A program made the position numbers and the translations under genes. This document shows, one piece after another, positions 1 through 9,790 of a stretch of 64,000 nt of DNA. Location of the stretch: NCBI GenBank assembly GCA_048940445.1, contig JBHLON010000010.1:22102-86101 (forward strand), written 5' to 3'. The notes below the pieces were generated by a model that was given only the letters and a program-made list of their open reading frames with translations, had not been told where the DNA came from and ran no database searches. The stretch comes from Promethearchaeota archaeon (lineage in GTDB: Archaea > Asgardarchaeota > Lokiarchaeia > Sigyniarchaeales > SOKP01). Each line of letters opens with the position of its first letter. Position 1 is the stretch's first letter.

Positions 1-350
1 AAAATGTTAATCTTGAGGATATTGTGGATGAGGAGCTCTATGGTTTGATTATTGCTGTAAGAATTGTCGCTTTTTCATCTGATCGTGAGATGAAAGCATT
101 TCTCAAAAAACTAGACAAAGTCATAACCCACCCAGTTTCGAAAGTTGCCTATTTTTCTACTCATGCTTTGAAATGGAGAAAATTCTTTATCAGAGGAATC
201 AAAAAGACTCTTAAAAAAATTGGATGTGTAGGAGATGTTTGCCCTGAATTTCTTGAAATAAGAATGCAAACTGCAGAAGGTCCAGTTGAAGAAGGCTCTG
301 ATATAAAAATCCAGCACTATATATCTACATTACAACAATTTCTGAAATAA
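1..350 (+). CDS. Flavodoxin-like protein, 5' partial (frame is open to the window edge)
   Basis: No stop upstream of the GTG at 24; segments YGLIIAVRIVAF, KVAYFSTH and EGPVEEG resemble the flavodoxin fold. Confidence 0.45.
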   Translation, partial: NVNLEDIVDEELYGLIIAVRIVAFSSDREMKAFLKKLDKVITHPVSKVAYFSTHALKWRKFFIRGIKKTLKKIGCVGDVCPEFLEIRMQTAEGPVEEGSDIKIQHYISTLQQFLK

Positions 351-377
351 AAAATCTAGAAATTTATTTATTACTCC

Positions 378-794
378 TCATTTTTTTTGTATTTTTTCAA
401 CTTTAAAAATTGAAAACGTTCCATAAGCTTTTGCAACAAGAAGACCTTCTTTTTTAATCTCTGATTCAAGAGATCCTATCGATTTTCCTTTATGGATCAC
501 TTTGGTATCACACAGAATTGTTCCTTCTTTTACAGATTTAAAATAGCTTATTTTGATTTCAACAGTTGCACATAGCTCATCATTTTCTAATAGAGAATAC
601 AATGCTGCACCCATACCTGTATCTGCCATTGAATATAGTACTCCGCCATGTACAACTTTATGGGGATTAAAATGATTTTCATTTATTCTTAAGGCACACT
701 GGGAATAACCTTCTTCAAATTTAGTAAATTCGATGCCTAACAAATCCCCAAATTTATGAAATCCTTTCAAATTCATAGGAAATGGTTTGGGCAT
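378..794 (-). CDS. PaaI-family hotdog thioesterase
   Basis: HFNPHKVVHGGVLYSMAD motif; 138 aa. Confidence 0.9.
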   Translation of the reverse strand: MPKPFPMNLKGFHKFGDLLGIEFTKFEEGYSQCALRINENHFNPHKVVHGGVLYSMADTGMGAALYSLLENDELCATVEIKISYFKSVKEGTILCDTKVIHKGKSIGSLESEIKKEGLLVAKAYGTFSIFKVEKIQKK

Positions 795-965
795 AATTAC
801 TAAAATTCGCTATTATTATAAATAAATTTTTATCGAAATTTAAAAGGATAATATTATTATGTTATAAAAATGGAGTAATCTTTTGATTGAGAGTCATGAA
901 AGAAATAAGAAAAACAATTCAATAAATAATAAAAGAAAAGAATAAATAAATTTTAAAAATGCAAA

Positions 966-1604
966 TTATACTATCTTAGATTCTTCTTCGATGTTTATAG
1001 CTTCAGCTTTTTGTTTGACATTTGAGACTGCAGTTAGTATCTTTTCATGGTATACTTTTTCAATTTCTACCATATTACGGAGAACTTTCTGTATTGTTTC
1101 TAATTTTATCTTATTAAATTCTTCCGCGGCAGTTTTCGCTTCATTTTCTTCCTTTTCTGCTTTTTGTTTTGCGGTCTTTAAGACAGTCTCAGCATTTTCT
1201 AATTCCCCAGGTTTTAATTTTTCCTTTGGTTTATTTTGAGCTTTATTAAGATTTTTCTCAGCTTTTTCAACTTCTTTAACTGCTTTTGATGCTTCGTCTT
1301 GCTCGGATTGTAATGTTTTCAAATGTGTAATCAAATTATTCAAAGGAGCAATATATTGCTCTCTTAACTTTGTTACTTTTTCTTTGCGTTCATTTTCAAT
1401 GATTTCAAAAGTTTTGGCTAACGAACTCATTGCTTCTCCTAATGAAGGAGTTTCTGTTTCAGCATAACTTTTTAATGCTGTTACAGTTTTGCTTATATCT
1501 TTTGTTACATCTTCCTCTGCCTTTATGTAATGATTGCTCTCTTTAACCAGATCAGTGATCTTATCACTTGTCAATCCTAAAGCATCCATAAATTTCTTAA
1601 ACAA
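966..1604 (-). CDS. BAR-domain protein (FAM92/CIBAR-like) with N-terminal amphipathic helix
   Basis: All-helical 212 aa; YAETETPSL, YIAPL and FNKIKLETIQKVLRNMVEIEKVYHEK segments; TTG start after an AGGTGA SD. Confidence 0.75.
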   Translation of the reverse strand: MFKKFMDALGLTSDKITDLVKESNHYIKAEEDVTKDISKTVTALKSYAETETPSLGEAMSSLAKTFEIIENERKEKVTKLREQYIAPLNNLITHLKTLQSEQDEASKAVKEVEKAEKNLNKAQNKPKEKLKPGELENAETVLKTAKQKAEKEENEAKTAAEEFNKIKLETIQKVLRNMVEIEKVYHEKILTAVSNVKQKAEAINIEEESKIV

Positions 1605-1735
1605 TCAATTCACCTATGAAAAAAAATGCAAAAATTCTATTTAAAAATTACCTCAATAACTTAAAGATTAATTTTGAGAGGAAGAACATAACTGCTAACA
1701 AAAGTAAAGAAAATAAAAAAAAAAGAATATATTCA

Positions 1736-2536
1736 CTATTTTTTTAAAGACTCTTCTCTTACCGATAATTTTATCTTCCATACAATTAAAATAATTAAAG
1801 CAAAGATAGTAATCATTATGGTTAAATAGATCTGTAGTTCTCCGATATTAAAGAGCCAAACAAGGTTATTCGTAATATGGAAAAGAATGGTTACAAAAGC
1901 ACTCCCTCCGGAGCTATTAAAGAGGAATGTAAGTATTATAGAACCCATAAATAAACTATATAGCCATCCAAATAACATATCAACAGAAAAGTGATATAAA
2001 AACATAGGAAAATGCCAAAATGCCCATCCTATTGTGAGAATAATGGTGGCGATTAATGGATTATATTTTTCTTGCAATTTAGGTAATGCATACCCTCTCC
2101 ATCCAATTTCTTCAAACAAACCATAGGAAATGGCTCCAACCCAAATCCATAAAAAAACTGAAAGCGGATTAGAAATTCCATTGTCAACAAGGTATCCAAT
2201 TAGGTTAATTAAGTTTCCTGTAAAGAGGAAGTTAAGTAAAATACTTAATAATAAGAAAAATGGCATTATTAAAGCTGAAAATAGAATCCAAAAAGGGCCT
2301 ACTCTCCACTTAAAACTCGTTTTTCCTAATTCCTTAAGTCCTCTTTTTTTAGCAGAAATATAAGCTACTATAATAGCTGAAATAGTTGGTCCAAGTGCCC
2401 CTAAAAAATGCCAATTCATATTTACTGATAAAAGCCCAAAATTTGCTAAAATTAATGGCAAGACTAAAATCCACGTTGATATCCAAGCTATAGTAAAATA
2501 GCTTGCTATAGGATGTTTTTTAATCACATTCATCAT
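1736..2536 (-). CDS. CPBP (Abi/CAAX-like) intramembrane metalloprotease
   Basis: EEIGWRG, WAFWH and HITNN motifs; multiple TM segments. Confidence 0.9.
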   Translation of the reverse strand: MMNVIKKHPIASYFTIAWISTWILVLPLILANFGLLSVNMNWHFLGALGPTISAIIVAYISAKKRGLKELGKTSFKWRVGPFWILFSALIMPFFLLLSILLNFLFTGNLINLIGYLVDNGISNPLSVFLWIWVGAISYGLFEEIGWRGYALPKLQEKYNPLIATIILTIGWAFWHFPMFLYHFSVDMLFGWLYSLFMGSIILTFLFNSSGGSAFVTILFHITNNLVWLFNIGELQIYLTIMITIFALIILIVWKIKLSVREESLKK

Positions 2537-2556
2537 GTTAACACCATTTATTTTAA

Positions 2557-2976
2557 TTAAGTATCAGGAACTATTTCTAGGTAAACTCGTTCATCAATTT
2601 TCTTTTTATCATTTGATGAACTTAACTTTGAGAGGAAATCTCCTAATCTAAAACGAAAATAGCGTTTTCTCAATGCTTTATACGCAATATCCTGTTCGGA
2701 AGATCCTAAAATTCTTGCTTTTCCTTTGATAATTGACCCATTAACTTTCCCTCTCATTGTACAAGCACTAAATTGCACATCGGGATTGTTGATGATCCGT
2801 TTTACTTTATATCTCGAAGCTCGAGTTTCAACGTATAATCTATTATTTACTTCTGCAAACATAACAGGTGTTGGAACACCCTCTCCATTTGCTCTATAGG
2901 TTGTCAAATTTATGTATTTACTCTTTAATACCCCATTTAGCATATCCTTTGTTATACTTTCAGACATATTTTTCAC
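2557..2976 (-). CDS. PPOX-class F420-dependent oxidoreductase
   Basis: YINLTTYRANGEGVPTPV and KVKRIINNP motifs. Confidence 0.85.
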   Translation of the reverse strand: MKNMSESITKDMLNGVLKSKYINLTTYRANGEGVPTPVMFAEVNNRLYVETRASRYKVKRIINNPDVQFSACTMRGKVNGSIIKGKARILGSSEQDIAYKALRKRYFRFRLGDFLSKLSSSNDKKKIDERVYLEIVPDT

Positions 2977-3000
2977 CTCATATTTTTAAACATTTAATTT

Positions 3001-3690
3001 TCATCTAGGTTTTAAACCCTCAGCAATCCATTCAAATACTAACGATATTATATCCTCTTCATGAATTTTTAGATTCTTCAAGAAATTCCTGTTTTTTGTT
3101 AGTTCGTCAATTAATCCACCAGTTATCATACTCAAAGTCAAGGCAAGCAAATTTGGATTGAGGTCTTTTCGAATAGAGTTACTCTTTATCCCTTTAGTAA
3201 TGATTTGAATAAACAATAATCTATATTGGTTAACAATTTCATTTAATTCCTTAAATTCACGTGAGTTAATAAGTGAATCTTTTTTTTCTATGATAGCTTT
3301 GGATAAATTCGTCTTGGAATCATAATTATGAACTACTTTTGCATAATTCGGATATTCTCTTGAGAATGTGTAAAATGCTTTTCCAAATGCATTTAACTTA
3401 TTTATTCCGACTTTTAATCCTTCAATTGACTTTTGGGTGTATTCTAAAAGTTTTTGGTAAGTAATACTAGCAATTGCTAAATAAAGTTGCTCCTTTGAAT
3501 CAAAATAATTATATACGGTCCCTTTACTCAAAGAAGCTTCATAGGCAACTTCTTCAATCTTAGTGTCATTATATCCTTTAGTAAGGAATAATTTTTCTGC
3601 TGCCTTCACTATTTGATTCCGTCTCAATTCTCTTTCTTTTTCTCTTCTTTGTTTGATTCTATTTTTTTTAATATCTTCATTCTTACTCAT
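3001..3690 (-). CDS. TetR/AcrR-family transcriptional regulator
   Basis: HTH IEEVAYEASLSKGTVYNYFDSKEQL. Confidence 0.92.
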   Translation of the reverse strand: MSKNEDIKKNRIKQRREKERELRRNQIVKAAEKLFLTKGYNDTKIEEVAYEASLSKGTVYNYFDSKEQLYLAIASITYQKLLEYTQKSIEGLKVGINKLNAFGKAFYTFSREYPNYAKVVHNYDSKTNLSKAIIEKKDSLINSREFKELNEIVNQYRLLFIQIITKGIKSNSIRKDLNPNLLALTLSMITGGLIDELTKNRNFLKNLKIHEEDIISLVFEWIAEGLKPR

Positions 3691-3731
3691 AATAATCCTT
3701 CTTTTTTATTAATTGACCGAGGGTTTTTTAC

Positions 3732-3803
3732 TGACCATCAGTCATTAATATATATAAAATTATGATTATATTTAAACCTTTGGTCACTAAGTGACTGAAG
3801 GTT
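3732..3803. promoter_or_regulatory. Putative TetR operators and minus-strand TATA box
   Basis: TGAC-N5-GTCA at 3732-3744; imperfect inverted repeat AACCTTTGGTCACT-A-AGTGACTGAAGGTT at 3775-3803; TTTAAATATA on the minus strand at 3767-3776. Confidence 0.6.
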
Positions 3804-3858
3804 CAATATTAAATTTAATAACCTATTTTTTATATTAGAAACCCCTTCTATTTATTTA

Positions 3859-5151
3859 ATGAACTTTTCCGCAATAATACTAAATTTAATTCTATTTGCC
3901 ATTTTAATGGCATTTTACTCTCAGAGCAAGATCGATTATTTTCCAGTTGCTTTAATTATCGGAACCATTGCAGTGGTTTCAATGCTCATGATCGGGATTC
4001 AGGAGGGAGAAATTCTCGGATTTATTAATTTCAGTACACTAATCTTTATATTTGGTATGCAGATAATAGTCTATTTCGCCATTAATGATAGAGTTTTAGA
4101 ATATCTAGCAATTAAATTGATTCACATTACGAAAGGGAATAATAGGACGTTCTTTTACATGATATGTCTATTTACAAGTATAATGGTCGCATTTATCGAG
4201 GATTTAACCCTCTCATTAATATTAGTTCCATTGATCTATAGAACATGCAGAATTTTAGACATTCCTGCAGGGACGTATATGATGGGAATGACTATTACCA
4301 TTAATATTGGAGCCGTGCTTACACCTGTCTCGAGTCTAAAAAACTTAATAATTAGTAAGCAGTTTGGGTGGGGTTTTGGAGAATTTTTCGCTAATTTGGG
4401 CATTCTGTTTGTAATAGTGTTAATTATTACGATCTTTTTGATTGACAGGCTCATATTGAGAAAAGAAGAAAAACCAACTGAAAAGAATAAAACAATATTA
4501 TTATCAATGCTTAAACCAGGAATCGTCATTAGAGACAGAAAATATTTTTTTTTAACTACTATAACTCTCTTAGGTACTTTTGGGTTTATGATTATAGGAT
4601 TCGAACCTGGGCTCGTTGCTATCACATCTGCAGCAATTCTTCTCCTTCTTCATTATAAAACTTCTGAATTTTCAGACGTGAAAAGCGAAATTGAATGGAA
4701 ACTTATTATAGTATTTGCGATTATGTTCATTATTTCTAATTCTTTGGCTCAATTAGGATTTTCTGAACTTATTTCTGTAGGGCTGTCAAACTTGGTAAAT
4801 AATAATATATATTTTGCTGTGTTGATCACCTTAGGGCTCTCTTCTTTCTTATCTGCTTTCCTTGCTGGTACACCAGTCACCATCATTCTTCTCCCCATTT
4901 TTTCAACTATCGCTGCCGGATTCTCATTTCCTAATCCAATAATTATTGCATTCATAAGTGGTGTAAATATGGCAGGCAACTTTTTACCACAAGGTTCTGC
5001 ATGTGATTTACTTACTTTGTCTTTAGCAAAAAAGTATAAAGTAGCGAATTTAAATTATAGACGACTCCTAAAAAATGGTGCTTTTTTCGCAACAATTCAT
5101 TTCCTCATCATTTTGGGATACACAATGCTTTATACTGTTATAATAGGTTGA
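3859..5151 (+). CDS. ArsB/NhaD/CitMHS (ion transporter superfamily) permease
   Basis: About 11-12 TM segments; INIGAVLTPVSS and NMAGNFLPQGSA repeated motifs. Confidence 0.8.
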   Translation: MNFSAIILNLILFAILMAFYSQSKIDYFPVALIIGTIAVVSMLMIGIQEGEILGFINFSTLIFIFGMQIIVYFAINDRVLEYLAIKLIHITKGNNRTFFYMICLFTSIMVAFIEDLTLSLILVPLIYRTCRILDIPAGTYMMGMTITINIGAVLTPVSSLKNLIISKQFGWGFGEFFANLGILFVIVLIITIFLIDRLILRKEEKPTEKNKTILLSMLKPGIVIRDRKYFFLTTITLLGTFGFMIIGFEPGLVAITSAAILLLLHYKTSEFSDVKSEIEWKLIIVFAIMFIISNSLAQLGFSELISVGLSNLVNNNIYFAVLITLGLSSFLSAFLAGTPVTIILLPIFSTIAAGFSFPNPIIIAFISGVNMAGNFLPQGSACDLLTLSLAKKYKVANLNYRRLLKNGAFFATIHFLIILGYTMLYTVIIG

Positions 5152-5256
5152 CAAAATCCTTTTTGAACGGTCTCGAAATATTAATTATAAAATATTAAAA
5201 TAGATTTTTAATACTACGGCTTGCTAAGTTTAATAAAAAAAAGGAAGGTGAAAAAT

Positions 5257-5688
5257 TTGGTTAAAGTTAATCCTTTTTTATTGGTAAAGAACGGAAAAGC
5301 TGCTATCGAGTTATATAAAGAATTATTTGGAGCAAAATTGATAGATCATATGCCATTTACAAAAGAAATGGCTAAGGAATCTGGATTCCCTAAAGACTTT
5401 GATTATCAAAATTCTACGATGCATGCAGTACTAGACATAGGAGGCGCTGAAATAATGCTTGCTGATAATACTATGGGGCTCTCTACGGGTGGAAATGTAG
5501 AAGTCGTTTTACATTTAGATACTAAGAAACAAATTGAAACAATCTATAAAAAAGCGAAAGCCAAAAATTTTAAAATAAAAATGGAGCTTCAACAGACATT
5601 TTGGGGAGCTTGGTATACTAGATTTGAAGATTCAGAAGGTGTGGGATGGCAATTAAATTATCAAGAGCAAACTCCTGAAAAATCCTAA
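5257..5688 (+). CDS. VOC/PhnB-like glyoxalase-family protein
   Basis: VNPFL, MHAVLDIGG and QTFWGAWY...DSEGVGWQL; start moved to TTG 5257 behind an AGGTG SD. Confidence 0.85.
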   Translation: MVKVNPFLLVKNGKAAIELYKELFGAKLIDHMPFTKEMAKESGFPKDFDYQNSTMHAVLDIGGAEIMLADNTMGLSTGGNVEVVLHLDTKKQIETIYKKAKAKNFKIKMELQQTFWGAWYTRFEDSEGVGWQLNYQEQTPEKS

Positions 5689-5726
5689 TTCCTTATCTCA
5701 AACAAACAAATAAAAATCTAATTCTT

Positions 5727-6542
5727 ATGAGCGAAAAAATAATTCTGATTACTGGTTCTACGGATGGGATAGGATATCAAACAGCAATTGAATTAGTTAA
5801 ATCAGAATTTCAAGTTATTGTTCATGGCAGGGATCAAGAAAAGGCTGACTTAACATTAAATCGGATCGCAAGGATAACCCAGAGGAAAAATATTAGTGCC
5901 GTTTATGCGGATTTACGTTCTTTTAATCAAATAAAGGAGATGGTCAATAAAATTAAAAGTAAATTTGATAGATTAGACGTGCTTATTAATAATGCAGGTG
6001 TATATAAGCCAGAGCGATCTATAACTGAAGAAGGATTTGAAACAACATTTGCAGTAAATTATATGGCTCCTTTTCTCCTCACCAAATTATTGATGGATAT
6101 GTTGAAAAAAAGTGAATCGGGAAGGATTGTCAATGTGGTATCAAGAGTCCATTCTAATCATTTTGATTTTAAAAACTTACAGTTAGAGAGGGGATATACG
6201 GGTGTTAAAGCGTATGCCAACTCGAAAACTGCACTGATTTTGTTCACGTATTTTCTTGCTGATAAATTAAAAAGTGCAAATATTACAGTTAATTGCCTTC
6301 ATCCTGGGGTAATAAATACAAAATTACTGAATTCTGCTTATGGATCATATGGAGCACCAGTAATAGAGGGTGCTAAAACTTTAATTTTTGCAGCTACATC
6401 ACCAAAGTTAGAAAATATATCTGGAAAGTATCTTGTATATAACCATCCAAAACCCTCAAAAGATATCACCTATAATAAAGAACTACAGAAAATGCTTTGG
6501 GATAAAACTGAAGAACTCATTGGTATAAAAATTGATCTTTGA
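5727..6542 (+). CDS. Short-chain dehydrogenase/reductase (retinol-DH-like)
   Basis: TGSTDGIG, NNAG, YANSK and HPGVINT motifs. Confidence 0.92.
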   Translation: MSEKIILITGSTDGIGYQTAIELVKSEFQVIVHGRDQEKADLTLNRIARITQRKNISAVYADLRSFNQIKEMVNKIKSKFDRLDVLINNAGVYKPERSITEEGFETTFAVNYMAPFLLTKLLMDMLKKSESGRIVNVVSRVHSNHFDFKNLQLERGYTGVKAYANSKTALILFTYFLADKLKSANITVNCLHPGVINTKLLNSAYGSYGAPVIEGAKTLIFAATSPKLENISGKYLVYNHPKPSKDITYNKELQKMLWDKTEELIGIKIDL

Positions 6543-6547
6543 TGAGT

Positions 6548-6904
6548 TTAAGATTTTTGATAAGATTCATTTTGGAATAATTCATTGATTTTTGCGGCCA
6601 AAATGAAATCATTAAGATGTAGTCCTTTAATTGCATGAGTGTGTAGTTCCAAAATAACTTGGTTATAATAAATAAATATATCGGGATGATGACCCTCATC
6701 TTCTGCAAGCTCTGCTACTTGATTCACAAATTTCATCGCTTCTTTAAAATCCTCGAAACTAAATTCTCTATTAATTCTGTGAATTCCTTCTTTAATTAGT
6801 GACCATCCTTTTACTTGGTTTATATATTCTTTTTCTTTTTCCTTAGAAAACGGGGGGATACCTCCTTCACAGGGTACACATTTTTTTTCTAATAAATCGG
6901 CCAC
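6548..6904 (-). CDS. phhB: Pterin-4a-carbinolamine dehydratase
   Basis: CVPCEGG, EGHHPDI and THAIKGLHLNDFILAAKI. Confidence 0.92.
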   Translation of the reverse strand: MADLLEKKCVPCEGGIPPFSKEKEKEYINQVKGWSLIKEGIHRINREFSFEDFKEAMKFVNQVAELAEDEGHHPDIFIYYNQVILELHTHAIKGLHLNDFILAAKINELFQNESYQKS

Positions 6905-7037
6905 TTTTTTTCACCTATTCTTTATACATTTGATTCTATTAATAAACACTTTTAATATAAAATATAATTATATTTCCATAAAAAGTATAAATTTTACTAT
7001 TACTAGACAAAACCTTTAACTAATATTCTAACCATTT

Positions 7038-8525
7038 ATGTATAATATGACAATTATAGATCTCAAGTTGGGAAAACTAGAAGGGTATACCGAGAATGGT
7101 TTATCTATATTTAAAGGAATACCTTATGCTGAACCTCCGATTGGGGATTTACGATTCTATCCCCCAGTCGCAAAAAAACCTTGGGATGGAGTATTAAATG
7201 CAAAAGAATTTGGTTCTTGTGCATTCCAAGGATATAGTGAACTAGAAAAATTGGTAGGTAAACTAGAACCCGAAAGTGAAGATTGTTTAACCCTTAACAT
7301 CTGGACTCCTGGTATTGATAATGAAAAACGTCCAGTAATGTTCTGGATACATGGTGGAGCATTCATCTTTAATGGAAGTAAAAGTCCAGCTTATGATAGT
7401 GCAGAATTAGCTCATCGAGGTAATTTAGTTGTGGTAACAATTAATTATCGATTAGGAGCTTTGGGTTTTTTATATGTTCCTGGTGTTACTGTTAATGCTG
7501 GAATACTTGATCAAACAATGGCCTTAAAATGGGTGCATGACAATATTGCGTCATTTGGAGGTGATCCTGATAATATTACAATTTTTGGAGAATCTGCGGG
7601 AGGTTATTCTGTTATAGCCCTTGCTGCCATGCCATTGGCAAAAGGACTTTTCCATCGAATTATTGGTCAGAGTGCACCAACTATTGATCCAAAACTAGAT
7701 CAAAAACCTACCAAAACGTTAATGCGTTCATTAGGCTTAAAGAGTGGGGATATTGATGGTTTAAGGAAAATTTCTCCAGAAAAAATTATAGAAGCCCAAA
7801 ATAAAATTACTAATAAGGAGTTATTGGCTTTTAGACCTTTAATTGATGGGGAAATAATCCCTATTCATCCATTACACGAATTCATGAAAGGAAATTGTAA
7901 AAACATTGATTTATTGATTGGAACCAATCTAAATGAAGCAAAACTTTTCACTTCGTTGGATCCTAACATAAGCAAAATAGATGATGAAAAGTTTATTTTT
8001 GGATCTTTAGCAATGATGGGAATAAATCTTGATAAAGCCAAATTGATTGTCAATACCTATAAAAACGCTCGTGAAGGAAAATATTCAAATGAACCTAAAG
8101 AATTACTTGACGCTATTATGACAGATATGTTGTTCCGAATTTCAACTACACGTCTGCTTGAAGCTCAATCAGTACATCAGCATAACACTTATAATTATTT
8201 ATTCGCGTGGCAAACCCCCTTTTTCAATGGAAACTTAGGTGCTTGCCATGCACTTGAAATTCCATTCGTTTTCAATAGTTTTGATGATCCTGCAATGAGA
8301 GAATTTGTTGGCAGCAAATCAAATGTTGAGTCTCTATGTAATCAAATGATGGATGCTTGGATTTCTTTTGCCCATACTGGAGATCCCAATCACAATGGAA
8401 TTCCCCACTGGCCTCCATATGATAAAGATAAGAGAGCCACTTTTATATTTGATGAAGAATGCAGAATAGAAAATGCTGTATTTGAAAAAGAGAGGAAAAT
8501 ATGGGACGGAATAACGGAGATATAA
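7038..8525 (+). CDS. Type-B carboxylesterase (PnbA-like)
   Basis: SEDCLTLNIW, HGGAF, GESAG nucleophile and ACHALE. Confidence 0.93.
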   Translation: MYNMTIIDLKLGKLEGYTENGLSIFKGIPYAEPPIGDLRFYPPVAKKPWDGVLNAKEFGSCAFQGYSELEKLVGKLEPESEDCLTLNIWTPGIDNEKRPVMFWIHGGAFIFNGSKSPAYDSAELAHRGNLVVVTINYRLGALGFLYVPGVTVNAGILDQTMALKWVHDNIASFGGDPDNITIFGESAGGYSVIALAAMPLAKGLFHRIIGQSAPTIDPKLDQKPTKTLMRSLGLKSGDIDGLRKISPEKIIEAQNKITNKELLAFRPLIDGEIIPIHPLHEFMKGNCKNIDLLIGTNLNEAKLFTSLDPNISKIDDEKFIFGSLAMMGINLDKAKLIVNTYKNAREGKYSNEPKELLDAIMTDMLFRISTTRLLEAQSVHQHNTYNYLFAWQTPFFNGNLGACHALEIPFVFNSFDDPAMREFVGSKSNVESLCNQMMDAWISFAHTGDPNHNGIPHWPPYDKDKRATFIFDEECRIENAVFEKERKIWDGITEI

Positions 8526-8557
8526 ATCAATTTCCCTAGACATTCTTTTTATTTCAA

Positions 8558-9577
8558 TTATATTTGAAATACTGACAATTTTAAGGTAGTATATATAATA
8601 TAAAAACTAATTAATAATCCTCCTTCCCATCTTCTTAATGTTTTTTCACTCCATAGAAAATATAGCCCAAGAGCCAATACTAAGAACAATACCGGGATAT
8701 CAAAGACTAAAATGATCATTGGAACCTTAAAATTAATAATTAAAGTCCCTGATCCTGTTGCTAATAAAAGATCACAAATATTAGAGCCTAATATATCTCC
8801 TATTGCGAGTCCATAGGATTCTCTTCTTATTGCCGTTAAATCCGCAACTAATTCTGGCAAACTTGTACCAAGGCCAACTATCAGAATTCCAATTACATTT
8901 TCTGGAATAAAGAAAACTTTAGCTATATCATGAGCAGACAACAATGTAATTTCTGCTGTGAAAAGTAGGATGGTAAGACCAAGTAAGAAAATTGCAATAT
9001 CTTTGATTATTGAGGAAGTTTTACGTGTTATTTCTACTGGTTCGATATATACAGGATCCATTCGTTCCTTTTCAAGGTATTTAGGCTCACATTTTGATCT
9101 TATTAGGCGTTTCTCACTCCAAATAACTAAGGAGAGATAAAAAATATAAACGAGTATCATTATTAAGCCTTCAAACTGAGAAAGGATTCCATCAAGAGAA
9201 AAGATAAGAAAAATTAATGCAGAAATCACAAGCATAGGACCTTCTCTTCTTAATTCCCACTTACTCACAAAAATAGGTTGGCTCACTGCTAAAATTCCAA
9301 TTATTAGAGTAAAATTACTCAAAAATGATCCTATTTTATTCCCAATTACTATCCCATCAATATTTGGATCAATCCCTAAGAATTTATCAAAACCACCAAT
9401 TACACTAACTGCAATTTCAGGCAAACTAGTCCCAATGGCTAATATCGTCAAACCTACCATTATGTGACTAACTTTTAAGCGAGCTGAAATGTTTTCTAAT
9501 CCAATGATTACTAATTTCGCACCAAAATATAATCCGATAAAGCCGCTTAATAGAAGAACAAACGATATTAGGACCAT
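8558..9577 (-). CDS. Ca2+/Na+ antiporter (CaCA, YrbG-like)
   Basis: Two GTSLPE alpha-repeats; GDILGSNI. Confidence 0.9.
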   Translation of the reverse strand: MVLISFVLLLSGFIGLYFGAKLVIIGLENISARLKVSHIMVGLTILAIGTSLPEIAVSVIGGFDKFLGIDPNIDGIVIGNKIGSFLSNFTLIIGILAVSQPIFVSKWELRREGPMLVISALIFLIFSLDGILSQFEGLIMILVYIFYLSLVIWSEKRLIRSKCEPKYLEKERMDPVYIEPVEITRKTSSIIKDIAIFLLGLTILLFTAEITLLSAHDIAKVFFIPENVIGILIVGLGTSLPELVADLTAIRRESYGLAIGDILGSNICDLLLATGSGTLIINFKVPMIILVFDIPVLFLVLALGLYFLWSEKTLRRWEGGLLISFYIIYTTLKLSVFQI

Positions 9578-9790
9578 GGCTAGTTATTAAAAAAAAGTTC
9601 GAATATAAATTTTTCTTACGATAAAAATAGACTTCCACGTTATTAACGAGGTGATTTCTAAAAAATATTAAAAGAAATGATGATCTAATCATTTGATCTC
9701 CCTTTAATAAGTTTTTTTAAAAAAAAATGCCCTTTTAAATAAAAAATGAATATAGTTAAATTTAATATTTAAAAATAGAATTATATTTGC

